A stretch of 64,000 nt of DNA from an uncultured delta proteobacterium (GTDB lineage: Bacteria; Desulfobacterota; Binatia; Binatales; Binataceae): NCBI GenBank assembly GCA_963794325.1, contig CAWCDG010000004.1:352001-416000 (forward strand), given 5' to 3'. This document shows positions 9,025 through 19,800 of the stretch, piece after piece. The notes below the pieces were generated by a model. That model made no database searches and was not told where the DNA came from. It was given only the letters and a program-made list of their open reading frames with translations. The stretch's first letter is position 1. The number at the start of each line of letters is the position of its first letter. The translations under genes were made by a program, and so were the position numbers.

Positions 9025-10467
9025 TCAGGGGCGGCGTTGATACGTGGCGGTGCCGTCGCGGTTGTCTTTGACGTCGTAGCCGCGGCGCTCGATTTCCTTG
9101 CGCAACTCGTCGGCGAGCGTGAAGTCTTTGGCCTTGCGCGCCGCCGTTCGATTGTCGATCAGTTGCTGCACATCCGGCTCGATCGAACTGGTGCGCGCCG
9201 CGTCGCGATGCTTTTTCAGATCGAGTCCGAGCATCGTGTCGAGCGCCAGCAGCGCCGGCCATGCGCGGAAATCCTTGCGGCGGTAGGCTTCCGCGACCAG
9301 TTCCAGAGCCATCGCAAGCGCCTGCGGGGTGTTCAGGTCGTTGTTAATCGCGTCGTGAAAGCGCTCGTAATACTCGGCCGCCCATCCCGCGGCCTCGACG
9401 CCGTCGGCCGCCGCATCTTCCGGCACGCTGCGCGCGAACTCGCGAAAATAATCGAGATTGCTCTGCGACGCGCGGATCGAATCGTCGCTGAACGCAATCT
9501 CGGATCGGTACTTCGCACCGTAACAAAAAATCCGGAACGCGAGCGGATCGATCCCGGCTGCTCCAAGATCGCTCAGCAGCGGGAACTTGCCCGCACTCTT
9601 GCTGATCTTGGCGCCCTCCTTGCCGACCAGGAACGCATTGTGGACGAAATACCGCGCGAACGGTTGGTGCGTCGCGCTTTCCGATTGCGCAATTTCATTT
9701 TCGTGATGCACCGGGATGTGATCGATGCCGCCGGTGTGAATGTCGATCGTCTCGCCGAGATATTTCATCGCCATCGCGGAGCATTCGATATGCCATCCCG
9801 GATAGCCGCGCCCCCACGGACTGTCCCATTGCATCAGGTGGCCGGGCTGGCCGAGCACCCACAGTGTGAAATCGTGCGGGCTGCGCTTATCGACGGAATG
9901 CTCGAGGCGTTGCGCGGCGTTCTGCTCGTCGAGGCTCTGGCGCGACAGCCGGCCCATCCGATTCTCGCCGCGGTACCGCTCGACGTCGAAATAAACGCCG
10001 CTGTTGGTGACGTAGGCCACGCCGGCGTCGATGATTCTTTTCGTGAGCGCGATCATATCGGCGATGTGATCGGTCGCGCGCGACCATACATGGGGCGGCT
10101 CGATATTCAGCGCGGCGCAATCGCGCTGAAACTGCGCGAGATAAAAGTTCGCGACCTCGAGTGGCGATTTGCCTTGCGCGCGAGCGGTTTTCTCGATCTT
10201 GTCCTCGCCGGCGTCCTCGTCGCTGGTCATGTGCCCGACGTCGGTCACGTTCATCACATGGCGCACCTGGTAGCCGTTGAACTCGAGCGCGCGGCGCAAG
10301 GTATCGACGAAGACGTAGGCACGCATATTCCCGAGGTGCTGCGGCAGATAGACGGTCGGGCCGCATGAGTAGAGCGTCACCTCATTTGGATTGAGCGGGT
10401 GAAATTCCTCGACGGCGCGGGTCAGCGAATTGAAAATGTAGAATGGTTTCACGAGTGCGAGCGTCAA
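9025..10467 (-). CDS. cysS: Cysteine--tRNA ligase
   Basis: CGPTVY, HLGN, PGWHIECSAM, HHENE, KISKS. Confidence 0.96.
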   Translation of the reverse strand: MTLALVKPFYIFNSLTRAVEEFHPLNPNEVTLYSCGPTVYLPQHLGNMRAYVFVDTLRRALEFNGYQVRHVMNVTDVGHMTSDEDAGEDKIEKTARAQGKSPLEVANFYLAQFQRDCAALNIEPPHVWSRATDHIADMIALTKRIIDAGVAYVTNSGVYFDVERYRGENRMGRLSRQSLDEQNAAQRLEHSVDKRSPHDFTLWVLGQPGHLMQWDSPWGRGYPGWHIECSAMAMKYLGETIDIHTGGIDHIPVHHENEIAQSESATHQPFARYFVHNAFLVGKEGAKISKSAGKFPLLSDLGAAGIDPLAFRIFCYGAKYRSEIAFSDDSIRASQSNLDYFREFARSVPEDAAADGVEAAGWAAEYYERFHDAINNDLNTPQALAMALELVAEAYRRKDFRAWPALLALDTMLGLDLKKHRDAARTSSIEPDVQQLIDNRTAARKAKDFTLADELRKEIERRGYDVKDNRDGTATYQRRP

Positions 10468-10482
10468 GCTTAGCGTGGGCTG

Positions 10483-10602
10483 GGGGAAGGGTAAATCACT
10501 TCATTGAATGTGAAACCCTCCGCGGGTTTCAAACTTCCGCGGCAGGGGTGACCCCTGCACCCGGTATTAATCGCAAAACGGCGAAGACGCCATTTTGCTC
10601 TG
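10483..10602 (+). repeat. Family A left arm
   Basis: Near-identical to 8692-8810. Confidence 0.8.
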
Positions 10603-10626
10603 TTCTTTTGGGAGTGGGCTTCTTGC

Positions 10627-10766
10627 GTCATTCAGAGCGAAAGTTACTGTAGCGAAGAATCCCGGATTTGACGACGCAAAAATGCTCGCATGCGCCATGG
10701 TTGAGGGTTGAGTCGGCCGGCATTCAGAAGAACCGGCGATCTCTTTGTCATTCGCTCAGAATGACA
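10627..10766. repeat. Family D palindromic repeat pair (GTCATTC.GAGCGAA...GCGAAGAATC)
   Basis: Inverted copy TTCGCTCAGAATGAC at the right end; similar copy near 61267. Confidence 0.6.
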
Positions 10767-10799
10767 TCAAGGAGGTAAGATTCGCTGCGCTCAATTCCT

Positions 10800-11279
10800 T
10801 CACAGACTCTCTGAAACGACACGAGGGAACCTAACCCCTAACCCCTTCCCGAGCGGGAAGGGGAACCGGATGAAAAGAGCTGGCCGCGGGCGTCGCGCTG
10901 AGTAGCGGGAGGCGGCGATCCGTTTGTATTGGCGATCCGCCATCCATGCGTAGCCAGGGATGTACCATAGATAGGCGAGGTAGCCCTTGAGGCCGTGCTG
11001 TCGGCGGAGAATCTCGTTGATGGCGCGGGCGCCGCGATAGACGCGGCCGGTTTCGTCGACTGCGTGCAATTCTTCGAGCAGGTTCTCCATTTTCAGCTCG
11101 GGGAATTTCGCGCGCACTTCTTCATCATGAAGATCGAGCGGCTCCATCTTGCCCGAGTTGTCGAATTGCCGGATTCCGTCGAGACTGGCCCGGCACATCT
11201 CGCACGAGCCGTCGTACAGAATCGCGAGCTTGCCCGGCGACGCCTTGCCGACAGTCTCCGCCTGCCCGCTATCGACCAT
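10800..11279 (-). CDS. DCC1-like thiol-disulfide oxidoreductase (DUF393)
   Basis: ILYDGSCEMC (DxxCxxC) motif; 3' end runs into a family B repeat. Confidence 0.85.
   Translation of the reverse strand: MVDSGQAETVGKASPGKLAILYDGSCEMCRASLDGIRQFDNSGKMEPLDLHDEEVRAKFPELKMENLLEELHAVDETGRVYRGARAINEILRRQHGLKGYLAYLWYIPGYAWMADRQYKRIAASRYSARRPRPALFIRFPFPLGKGLGVRFPRVVSESL
10828..10870 (+). repeat. Family B repeat (CCTAACCCCTAACCCCTTCCC-loop-GGGAAGGGGAACC)
   Basis: Matches copies at 11986, 29659, 31573, 47659. Confidence 0.85.
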
Positions 11280-11284
11280 CGCGG

Positions 11285-11800
11285 TCAGCGTTGCGACCAC
11301 TTCGGATTCACATGCATCCGGCGCAGTCGCGCTTTCTCCTGAACGATGCGCCATTCGTAACCGTCGAGGAGCGACACCCAGGCCGACTCGATGGTGTTCG
11401 AGGACTTCGCAAGGGTGGTCCAGACCAGGTCGCCGTCGGCAAATTTTTTAACGGACACGACGTCGGCCTCGGTCGAGGCGCCGGTCGCGTGCTGGTAGGT
11501 TTCGATAACTTTCACCGGCTCGAGATACGGGAAATATTTGAGCAGCGCTTTGCGCAGCGCGGTGTCGAGCGCATGGAGGACGCCGACGCCCGATGCCGCC
11601 TCGGTCTCCTCGACGTCGCCGATGCGAATGATCAGCGTCGCGTCGACGATCATCTTGCCGTCGTACACGTCGTCGATCACGCGCCTGCGCACTATTTGGA
11701 AGGGCGGGAGGTAGCCGCTCGATGCGCGCAGCTTAGCCAACTCGCGCGACGCCTGGGGCGGTTCCGCTTCGTAAAAATCTGCCTGACGTTCAGTGCTCAT
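11285..11800 (-). CDS. Stand-alone LeuA/CimA allosteric regulatory domain protein
   Basis: G.GVLHALDTALRKAL..FP.L and W.T...S.N.IESAW.SL.D..E resemble the CimA C-terminus. Confidence 0.7.
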   Translation of the reverse strand: MSTERQADFYEAEPPQASRELAKLRASSGYLPPFQIVRRRVIDDVYDGKMIVDATLIIRIGDVEETEAASGVGVLHALDTALRKALLKYFPYLEPVKVIETYQHATGASTEADVVSVKKFADGDLVWTTLAKSSNTIESAWVSLLDGYEWRIVQEKARLRRMHVNPKWSQR

Positions 11801-11898
11801 CCGGCCTACCTAAAATTTCCGGTGATTGTTCTAATTTGATTATCATGAGCCTTCCAACGGCTTTCAAGGACAAACAGAGTTGCCATAATAGTTGACTC

Positions 11899-13992
11899 GT
11901 GACAGCAGAGCGTGCGCGAGCGAGTCGCCCTGGTAACCAAAACCACAAATTGATGAATATCCTCGAACGATCCCGCCTCTCCCCGCGATTGTTCCCCTTC
12001 CCTCGAGGGAAGGGGTTAGGGGTTAGGTTGTGGATAATCGTCGCGATCTTTCTCGCGCATCCCGATCTCGCTCGCGCGTCGCAGGTTCGCATTCCGCTGA
12101 CTATCGACTACATCACGCTGCGCGAGGCGCTCAAGCGCAAGCTCTACACCGCGCCCGGAGGACGTGCGGAGCTGTGGAACGGTGTCAGCGACTGCCAATA
12201 TCTCTACGCGGAAAATCCCGAGTTCTCGCGCGCGGCCGGCGGTGGCGCTACGACCGTGCAACTGGAGACCAGCAACAGCCTCGGGCTCGGCCTGTCGGTT
12301 GGATCGCAATGCCTCAACGCGGTGCAATGGAGCGGAATCGTGCAGGCGCTGGGCGTGCCGTACATCGCGCGGGGCCTTCAGCTCAAATTTCATTTCACCG
12401 ATTTGAATCTCTTCGACTCGGCGCATCAGAAGGCGGAGCTGGTGAGCCAGGGCTTCGACCAGATCAAGGGCTACCTGATTCCACGGCTCAATGATTTTTC
12501 GTACGACCTCAATCCCTCGGTCAAGCAACTGGCCGCGATGATCACCGATTCGATTCCCGCCGATGCTGCCGACCGGGTGCGGGCGGCGATTGCGAGTCTC
12601 ACCGCCGAACCGAATATCGTCGCACTCGACGAAGGCCTGCGGGTCACGCTGGTGATGACGGTTCCTGACGTGCGGGCTGCTGGAGTAGTTCCGGGCGCGG
12701 CGTCCTCGCCCTCGCCGGCGGAACTCAAGGCGTTTCAGGACACGCTCGATCAATGGGATGCGTTTCTGGTTTTCTCGATCAAGAACCTGGGCAGCGCGGT
12801 CGGCGACCAGCAGTTCCGCGACCAGTTGCTGCAAATTCTGCTCGACAGCCGCTACCGTCTGGTGCAGGAGCTGAATAATCCGCCGACCGGAGGCGGTCCC
12901 GATCCGGTGCGGCTGCTATTTCTCGACGAATGGCGGCAGTTGCATGATGCGGTGCGCGCAGCGGCGCGGCGCGGGATGCTGGGGGCGCACGCGCTGGAAT
13001 TCATGTCGTTCATCTCGGCCGGCGATGCGCTGTTTGCGCTCGATCAGGCGGCGCCCGCGCTGGGGATGCGCATCTCGGCCGCCGATCTCCGTCGCCTCGC
13101 ACATATCATGGCGCCGAGCGCGACCGGCGACCCGCTTAAGTTCGATTACCGCGAAGATCCCGACATGAAGAAACTTTTTGCGGTCCCCGAGCCGCCGCGA
13201 AGTCGCCATCCAATCGAAGAGGAGAGTATCCCACCGTCTACGCCCAGCGCGGCACCGGCGCCGAAACCTAGCGCGCGATTGTTCCCTCGAAGCTCGGGGT
13301 TAGGGGTCAGGTTGCTGGTGGCCATCTCTCCCAACGAAGCGGACGCCGCCGAAGACGCCGGACATCTGCAGATAAACCGCCTTCAGGACGTCGCCGACCG
13401 GCTGTACCGGCTCGTCGTCAATGAAGAAAATGTCGGCGCGTATCGCCGCGACATGAGCCTGCTGCTGAATCTGAGCGCGGCCTACCGACTCGGGCAGGTC
13501 ACTGCCGGCATACATGCGCTCGACACTGACAACGGCCGAGTGTACGTCACGCTGGTGATGAGCACGGCGTGGCAGGAAAGCTGCTGGCGGCAATTCGTGA
13601 TGGCGGGCGCGCGCGTCCGATGGCTGGAATCGGCGACCGGCGATATCGGCCTGATGCAGGTGAACAAGCATGTGTGGCGCGGGTTTTACGATCTCGACCG
13701 TCTCAAGTGGGACGTGCTCTACAACGCGGGCGCGGGATGCGAGATCCTCGCGCAGATGATGCAGTATGCGGCCGTGACGCAACCGAAGTTCGACCCAGTG
13801 CTGATTTCGAGCCATCTGGCGCGATCGACGTACGCCGGCTACAACGGCGGCCCGGCGGCGTGCAATCGATGGCGCCGGCGCGAGCCGCCGGCTCTCAAGC
13901 AAATCGATTCGAGCTTCCTGGAAAAATATCGCGCGATAGAAGACGGCGCGCAGATCGACATCCTGAACTGCGCCCGCGGCTGGAGCCATTGA
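11899..13992 (+). CDS. Secreted protein with C-terminal lytic transglycosylase (SLT) domain (start possibly 11953)
   Basis: WQES (catalytic Glu), GLMQVN, YAGYNGGP. Confidence 0.8.
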   Translation: MTAERARASRPGNQNHKLMNILERSRLSPRLFPFPRGKGLGVRLWIIVAIFLAHPDLARASQVRIPLTIDYITLREALKRKLYTAPGGRAELWNGVSDCQYLYAENPEFSRAAGGGATTVQLETSNSLGLGLSVGSQCLNAVQWSGIVQALGVPYIARGLQLKFHFTDLNLFDSAHQKAELVSQGFDQIKGYLIPRLNDFSYDLNPSVKQLAAMITDSIPADAADRVRAAIASLTAEPNIVALDEGLRVTLVMTVPDVRAAGVVPGAASSPSPAELKAFQDTLDQWDAFLVFSIKNLGSAVGDQQFRDQLLQILLDSRYRLVQELNNPPTGGGPDPVRLLFLDEWRQLHDAVRAAARRGMLGAHALEFMSFISAGDALFALDQAAPALGMRISAADLRRLAHIMAPSATGDPLKFDYREDPDMKKLFAVPEPPRSRHPIEEESIPPSTPSAAPAPKPSARLFPRSSGLGVRLLVAISPNEADAAEDAGHLQINRLQDVADRLYRLVVNEENVGAYRRDMSLLLNLSAAYRLGQVTAGIHALDTDNGRVYVTLVMSTAWQESCWRQFVMAGARVRWLESATGDIGLMQVNKHVWRGFYDLDRLKWDVLYNAGAGCEILAQMMQYAAVTQPKFDPVLISSHLARSTYAGYNGGPAACNRWRRREPPALKQIDSSFLEKYRAIEDGAQIDILNCARGWSH
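11986..12029 (-). repeat. Family B repeat at the 5' end of the SLT gene
   Basis: GTTCCCCTTCCCTCGAGGGAAGGGGTTAGGGGTTAGG. Confidence 0.8.
13271..13314 (-). repeat. Degenerate family B repeat inside the SLT CDS
   Basis: GCGATTGTTCCC...GGGGTTAGGGGTCAGGTTG, read in frame. Confidence 0.6.
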
Positions 13993-14014
13993 CGAATTTT
14001 ACGGGGCGTCGATT

Positions 14015-16621
14015 CTACTGCGGACTCATCGTGACGTTGCAGCTTGACGATGCGCTGCCTGAGCCGGTTCCGCTGGGGAGCGCGTCGGAATAAGCCTCGA
14101 CGGTGATTTCGTAGCATCCTGCGGTCAGCGGCACGCTCATCGAGAACGGAACGTTTTGGCCGTTGCTTGCTTCCTCGTTGACCAGAAACATCGGCATCGG
14201 GGCGACGGTTTCCAGGCTCACAACTGCGGTCGCAGTTATATTGCCCAGATCCTGATTCGCGCTCGCTTGCACAGAACCGCTCACCGAATAGGTGGTGGAG
14301 GAAGCGATGCAGAATTGTGCGTCGAAATTCGTAAAACCCTGGTTCGATGCAGTGCACAGAGGAGACGGGCCGCACAGCGAGAGATCCGCGCTGGAGTCCG
14401 CGGATTCAGTGGCGGTAATCGTCACGCCATTGGCGGCCGAGGTCTGCGATGAAGACGCCGACCCCGATACATCCACGTTGGTGTCGCTGACGCTGATGCT
14501 GTCGGTGAATGAAGGCGTCGAGACCGCGATTGCCTGCGAAGTCGCAACCGAGTGGGGCGTGGCATTCGGGTTGCTCAATGAAACAGAGCCCATCACGTTC
14601 TCGGAAATACTCATGAGGGTATAAGTCGCGGTCGAGGTGCCGGTCGGGCTTGCGGTGGGAGTCGCGGTCGGCGTGGCGCTGCCGGATGAGGTCGGGGTCG
14701 CGGTTGGAGTGGCAGTTTTCGACGGCGTCGAGGAGTGCATCGCGACGGCTTTGCCGGCGAGCTTTATCTTATGATGGCTGGTCTTCGATTGATCGGTGAA
14801 GGTCAGACTTCCGGTGAACTTCTTGTGTGAAGACGGAGGGGCGAAGCTCACAGCTATCTGACAGGTTCCGCCCGGGGGCACTCCCGCCGCGCAGCCGTTG
14901 CTCGCCATGCTGAAGAATTGGCCGGTGACCTGCGGGTTAGTGATGAGATCGTTTCTCTTGCTCTTGTTGTGCAAGGTAACCGGCTTGGTCGGAGCGTTAC
15001 CGGTCGCGACGTTGCCGAAGTTCAGCAATTTCGGCGAGACGGTAAGTTTGATCGGCGGCGGCTTGGGCGTCGCGGTAGCGGTCGCGGTGGCTGTAGTGGT
15101 CGCGGTCTCGGTTGGGGTCGCCGTCGCGGTGGCGGTCGCGGTGTCGGTGGCCGTGATGGTCGGAGTTGCGGTAGTGGTCGCGGTTGCGGTTGCGGTAATG
15201 GTCGCGGTTGCGGTTGCGGTAATGGTCGCGGTTGCGGTTGCGGTCTTCGTCGCGGTCAACGTGGCAGTTGGAGTAACAGTCGCCGTCGGAGTCGAGGTTG
15301 CGGTGGAGGTTCCGGTCGCGGTCGGCGTGGCGGTCGGGGTTACGCCGGAGGTATCGGTCGCGGTGGCCGTCGCGGTCATCGTGTCAGTCGCGGTCATCGT
15401 GTCAGTCGCGGTGGAAGTCGCGGTCGCGGATGCGGTCGCAGTCGAGGTTGCAGTTGGCGTGGCGGTCGAGGTCGGGGTCGGCGTCGCCAGGGCGTCGATC
15501 GATTCGAAGGCGCCGATGTCGCACGCGCCGCTGTTATCGCCGGGGTCAGGGCGCGGATCGCCGCGCTGATCGGTCGCAAGGCAATTTGCAATCGCGACTG
15601 CATTAACCGCCGGGCTGGTCGCTTGCAACGCGATCGTGTCGGTCGAGCCACCATTGTTCTGGAGCCCGTTGATATCCAGCAGCGGACTGACGTTGTCGCC
15701 GATGGTATCGCCGTTGGCGCCGGTGCTGGTCCCGAGGCCGCACGAACTGTCGTCAGAGATATTGTCGCCGCCGTTTGCGATGACGCCGGAGCTCACCACG
15801 CCGCAGTTGAGCCCGGTGCTGTTGGCCAAAATCGAGTTGGTAACCTGGAGCATCGTGCCGTTGGCCAGAATCGCCGCGCCGGCGCCACCAGCGCCTGCGC
15901 TGTTGTTCGAGAACGTGCTGCTGGTCACGGTCCCGCCGTGGTCGGTGTGGATAGCCCCGCCGCCCGCCGCAGTATTGCCTGAAAAGGTGCAGTTGCTGAC
16001 GGTCATCGTACCCGTGCCGTTGTAGATGGCGCCGCCGGCTGAGGCTGCGTTCCCAATCAGGGTGGAATTGGTAACGGCAAGGGTGCCGTCGTTAAAGACG
16101 CCGCCGCCGTTTCCGGCGGTGTCGCCGTTGGCAATCGTCAGGTTGTTGAGAGTGAGGCCGCCCGAGAAATTCACGAAGATGCTATGCGCGCCGCCGCCAT
16201 CGATTGTGATCGTCTGGCCGGTTCCGTCGATTTCGACGACGTGCTGAATCGAGGGCAGTCCGCTCGCGAGCGCGATAGTCCCGCTGAGGCTGAACACGAT
16301 CGTGTCGGTGCCGGTGCCCGCTGCGCAATCGCCGTTCGAGGTATCGGCCTTGGCGTTGGCGTTGGAAATCGCCTCACGAAGACTGCATAGCTTGTCGCCG
16401 GTGGTGCTCGGATCATTGAGCGAGTTGACGGTTATCGTGTTGCCGCCGGCGGCATAGAGCGAATGGCGGAGGCCGAGAACAACGATCGGGACGATCAGGA
16501 TAGCGAGCACGGCAAGAATCGCCGGCCGCACTATCCCACGGGCAAAATACCGGGCCACCGCCGGCACACTGACTCCTCTCCCCACCTGTGCAATTCCGCT
16601 TGGCGCGCGATGCTTTGTCAA
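14015..16621 (-). CDS. CSLREA-domain surface protein with beta-helix, Thr/Ala linker and Ig-like (ASH/choice-of-anchor D-like) domain
   Basis: CSLREAI motif, N.A..GGAI repeats, DQRG..CDIGAFE, (TA)n linker; start uncertain. Confidence 0.85.
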   Translation of the reverse strand: MTKHRAPSGIAQVGRGVSVPAVARYFARGIVRPAILAVLAILIVPIVVLGLRHSLYAAGGNTITVNSLNDPSTTGDKLCSLREAISNANAKADTSNGDCAAGTGTDTIVFSLSGTIALASGLPSIQHVVEIDGTGQTITIDGGGAHSIFVNFSGGLTLNNLTIANGDTAGNGGGVFNDGTLAVTNSTLIGNAASAGGAIYNGTGTMTVSNCTFSGNTAAGGGAIHTDHGGTVTSSTFSNNSAGAGGAGAAILANGTMLQVTNSILANSTGLNCGVVSSGVIANGGDNISDDSSCGLGTSTGANGDTIGDNVSPLLDINGLQNNGGSTDTIALQATSPAVNAVAIANCLATDQRGDPRPDPGDNSGACDIGAFESIDALATPTPTSTATPTATSTATASATATSTATDTMTATDTMTATATATDTSGVTPTATPTATGTSTATSTPTATVTPTATLTATKTATATATITATATATITATATATTTATPTITATDTATATATATPTETATTTATATATATPKPPPIKLTVSPKLLNFGNVATGNAPTKPVTLHNKSKRNDLITNPQVTGQFFSMASNGCAAGVPPGGTCQIAVSFAPPSSHKKFTGSLTFTDQSKTSHHKIKLAGKAVAMHSSTPSKTATPTATPTSSGSATPTATPTASPTGTSTATYTLMSISENVMGSVSLSNPNATPHSVATSQAIAVSTPSFTDSISVSDTNVDVSGSASSSQTSAANGVTITATESADSSADLSLCGPSPLCTASNQGFTNFDAQFCIASSTTYSVSGSVQASANQDLGNITATAVVSLETVAPMPMFLVNEEASNGQNVPFSMSVPLTAGCYEITVEAYSDALPSGTGSGSASSSCNVTMSPQ

Positions 16622-16719
16622 GCGGAATCGAGCAGCCTGACGATTTCGTTGGGCGATTGTTTCAAACTAAAGATGAAGCACTCATCGGTATGCGCGGGCG
16701 CGGACGCACGCGCGTCGAC

Positions 16720-16743
16720 GGCGGGCACGGCGGCCCGCCCCAC
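16720..16743 (-). repeat. GTGG-foot REP-like singlet
   Basis: GTGG followed by hairpin GGCGGGC-CGCCGT-GCCCGCC on the minus strand. Confidence 0.45.
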
Positions 16744-16831
16744 TATAAAACCAGAATCTACTCAGGACAGCACGGATCCGCCGGAGCGATTTAATTTCGC
16801 CCCGGCGGGTTTGCATCTGGAGAGTCTCGGA

Positions 16832-19800
16832 TTACAGGCCCGCGCCGGTCAGATTCACACTGTGCGGGCTGGCCGCGTCGGGACTGTCGCCAATCGCGAC
16901 CGATGCCGACTCTGAGGCTGGCACGCTCGGTTTGAAGGTCACACCGACGTGGCATGACGCGCCGCCGGCCAGCGTCGCTCCGCACGGCGTAATCGTGGCG
17001 GTGGTTTGCGAGAAATCGCCGGCGTTGGAGCCGCTGATCGCCGGCGTCGAGAGCGCGAGCGTTGCGGTGGCGAGGTTCGTGACGGTAATTGTCAGCGCCT
17101 TCGATTTGGGCCGCGCGACAGTTCCGAATGCGAGTGTCGTCGCGGGAGCCAGCCTGACCGGGGTTACGCCGGTGCCTGACAGCGCGATGGTGTGCGGGCT
17201 GGTCGGATCCTGATCGATGCTGACAGTGAGGGTTGCGCTCTCAGGCGTCTCGGCGCTCGGCGTGAAGGTCACCGGGATCAGGCAGACGGTATTGCCTGCG
17301 CAAGTTTCGCCCGCGGCCACCCCGAAGTCTGCCGCGTTAGTACCTGCTATGCCCTGGCTGACCGTCAGCGTGAACGGCGACAGATTGGTCACCTTAAGCG
17401 TGCTGAGGGTCCTGGTTGCCGACTGCGCGACGTTGCCAAAAGCCTGGGTTGTCGGCGTGACAGTAGCGGGAATCGTCGGCCCGGTGCTGAGCGCGAGGGT
17501 ATGTGGACCGAGCGGATCGGGGCTGTCGGAGACGGTCAGCGTGGCAGCTTCCGTGCCCAGGCTGCCCGGCTTGAATGACACCGTGATCGTGCAAGTCTTC
17601 GATGCGGCCAGAGTCGCAGTGCAGGAGCCTGCAGTTACCGAGAAGTCGGCGCCGTTGGTTCCACTGAAGCTCTCGCCGAGAGACACCTGCCGCGTTTGAT
17701 GATTGGTGACGCTGAAAGTCTTGAGCCCGGTTGCACCGAACTTCACATTCCCGAACACCAGGCTGCTGGTCGAGGTTGTCAGATCGACGACGCCGCTGCC
17801 GCTGAGTGCCGAGTGCTGCGGGCTGGTGCTGGCATTGTCGGTGAGCGTCATCGTCGCGGTATGTGCGCCGAGCGCGTTCGGCGTAAACGCTACGCCAAGG
17901 GTGCAATTTGAAACCGGCGCGAGGGTAATCGGAATCGCACCGCAGGTTCCCGTGCCGCTCAGTGAATACTCGGCCGGGTCGGAGGATATCGCGCTCGAGA
18001 CGATCAGCGGATGGGTTCTGCCAGTGTTGAAGACCGTCAGATTTTTGGTAACCGTCTGACCTACCGCCACATTGCCGAACGCCAGCGATGCGGTCACCGA
18101 CATCGAGGTGGTCGGCGTTGCACTGGGCGAGGCGGTTGCGGTCGCGGTCGCGGTTACGGTCGGGGTTGCAGTCATGGTCGCAGTCGCTGTTGCGGTTGAG
18201 GTGGTGGTTGCAGTCGAGGTTGCGGTGGCAGTGAGTGTTGGCGTTGCCGTTGCTGTGGCCGTAGTAGTCGATGTCGCGGTGGCGGTATTCGTTGCGGTGG
18301 CCGTGGCCGTCGGTGTCGCCGTCGCGGTTGCGGTATTTGTCGCGGTGGCTGTGGCGGTCGCCGTGGCTGTCTGCGTCGCAGTAGCTGTCGCGGTCGGCGT
18401 CGCGGTTGCAGTCGCGGTTTTCGTTGCAGTCGCCGTTGCTGTTGCCGTAGCCGTCGCGGTGGCTGTGGCGGTCGCAGTTGCGGTGGCGGTCGCGGTTGCA
18501 GTCGCTGTTTTCGTTGCAGTCGCCGTGGCTGTTGCGGTAGCCGTCGCAGTGGCGGTGGCGGTTGCGGTCGGGGTCGGAACTGCGACCGGTTTATCGTATT
18601 CGAGCACGCGGTTGTTCAGAGAGTCGGCGATGTAGAGATTGAAGGCGCCATCGACGGCGACGCCGGTCGGCGCGCATAGGCCATCGGCGGTGCCGCTGGT
18701 CCCATCGAAGTCGCATAACGAGGATGCGAAGCTATTACCTTGGCCGAAAACCGTGTTCGCGGACGCGTCGTTAGAGAGCGGCGCATTGTACTCGAGCACC
18801 CGGTTGTCGTGTTCGTCAGCGACGTACAGATCACCGAAAGCGTCGAGTGCGAGCGCGAAGGGGCTGCACAGGCTGCTCGCGCTCACCCCGCCGCTATCAC
18901 AATTACCAGATAGAAAGTTGGACTGGCCGAGCACCAGCCCGGCGGTCCGGCTGGAAAGCGGGTTCGGGTATTCGAGCACGCGGCTGTTGTCGGTGTCCGC
19001 GACGTAGAGATGGCCGCTGGCGTCCACCGCGACCCCGTCCGGATCGCAGAGGTCGTTGGCGGTGGGATTGCCAAATGTGTCGGAATTACATCCACTGGCG
19101 GCGAAGCTGCCACCCTGCCCGAAAACCAAGTGGGCAGTGGTGCCGCTGATAAGCGGAGTGTTGTATTCGAGCACCCTGCTGTCAGCCTGATCGACGACGT
19201 AGAGGTTGCCGCCCGAGTCCGCCGCAACCCCGATGGGCAAGCATAGGCTGTCCGCGGTCACACCGCTGCCGTCGCAATCGCTGGTGGTAAAATCGCCGCC
19301 CTGCCCGAACACCAAGTTGGCAGACCCGCCGACGCACGGAAACGAACCGCATCCGGCAAATGGGGTGCTGTATTCGAGGACCCGGCTATTGAAATAGTCG
19401 GCGACATAGAGGTTGCCGTTTGCGTCCACTGCAACTCCGATCGGTTCGCAGAGGCTGGCTGCGGTTGGGATGAAGCCACCGTTATGGTTGCAAGCACCCG
19501 ACAGAAAGTCGGGCTGACCGATCACCAAATCGGCCGCGCCGCCGCTGACAAAAGTCGCGACGTTCTTATAACCGAGCACCCGGTTGTTGCCGCTGTCGGC
19601 AATGTAGAGCCGGTTCGGCGAGACGCTTGAATCGATCGCTACGGACTCGGCGAAACTGGGAAACAGAGTATTCGTTCACGGCGCCGTTCAACCCGCGCGC
19701 GTCGATCAGGTTCGCTCCATTATGGGTAAAATCGAACTGACCCAGGACCACATCGGCGGTGGCATCGGTGGTGAGTGGAGAGTTGTATTTCAGCGCGCGG

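Noticed and set aside
14898-18635. Val/Ala-rich plus-strand ORFs (14898-15569, 18072-18635)
   Set aside because: Antisense shadows of the Thr/Ala linkers
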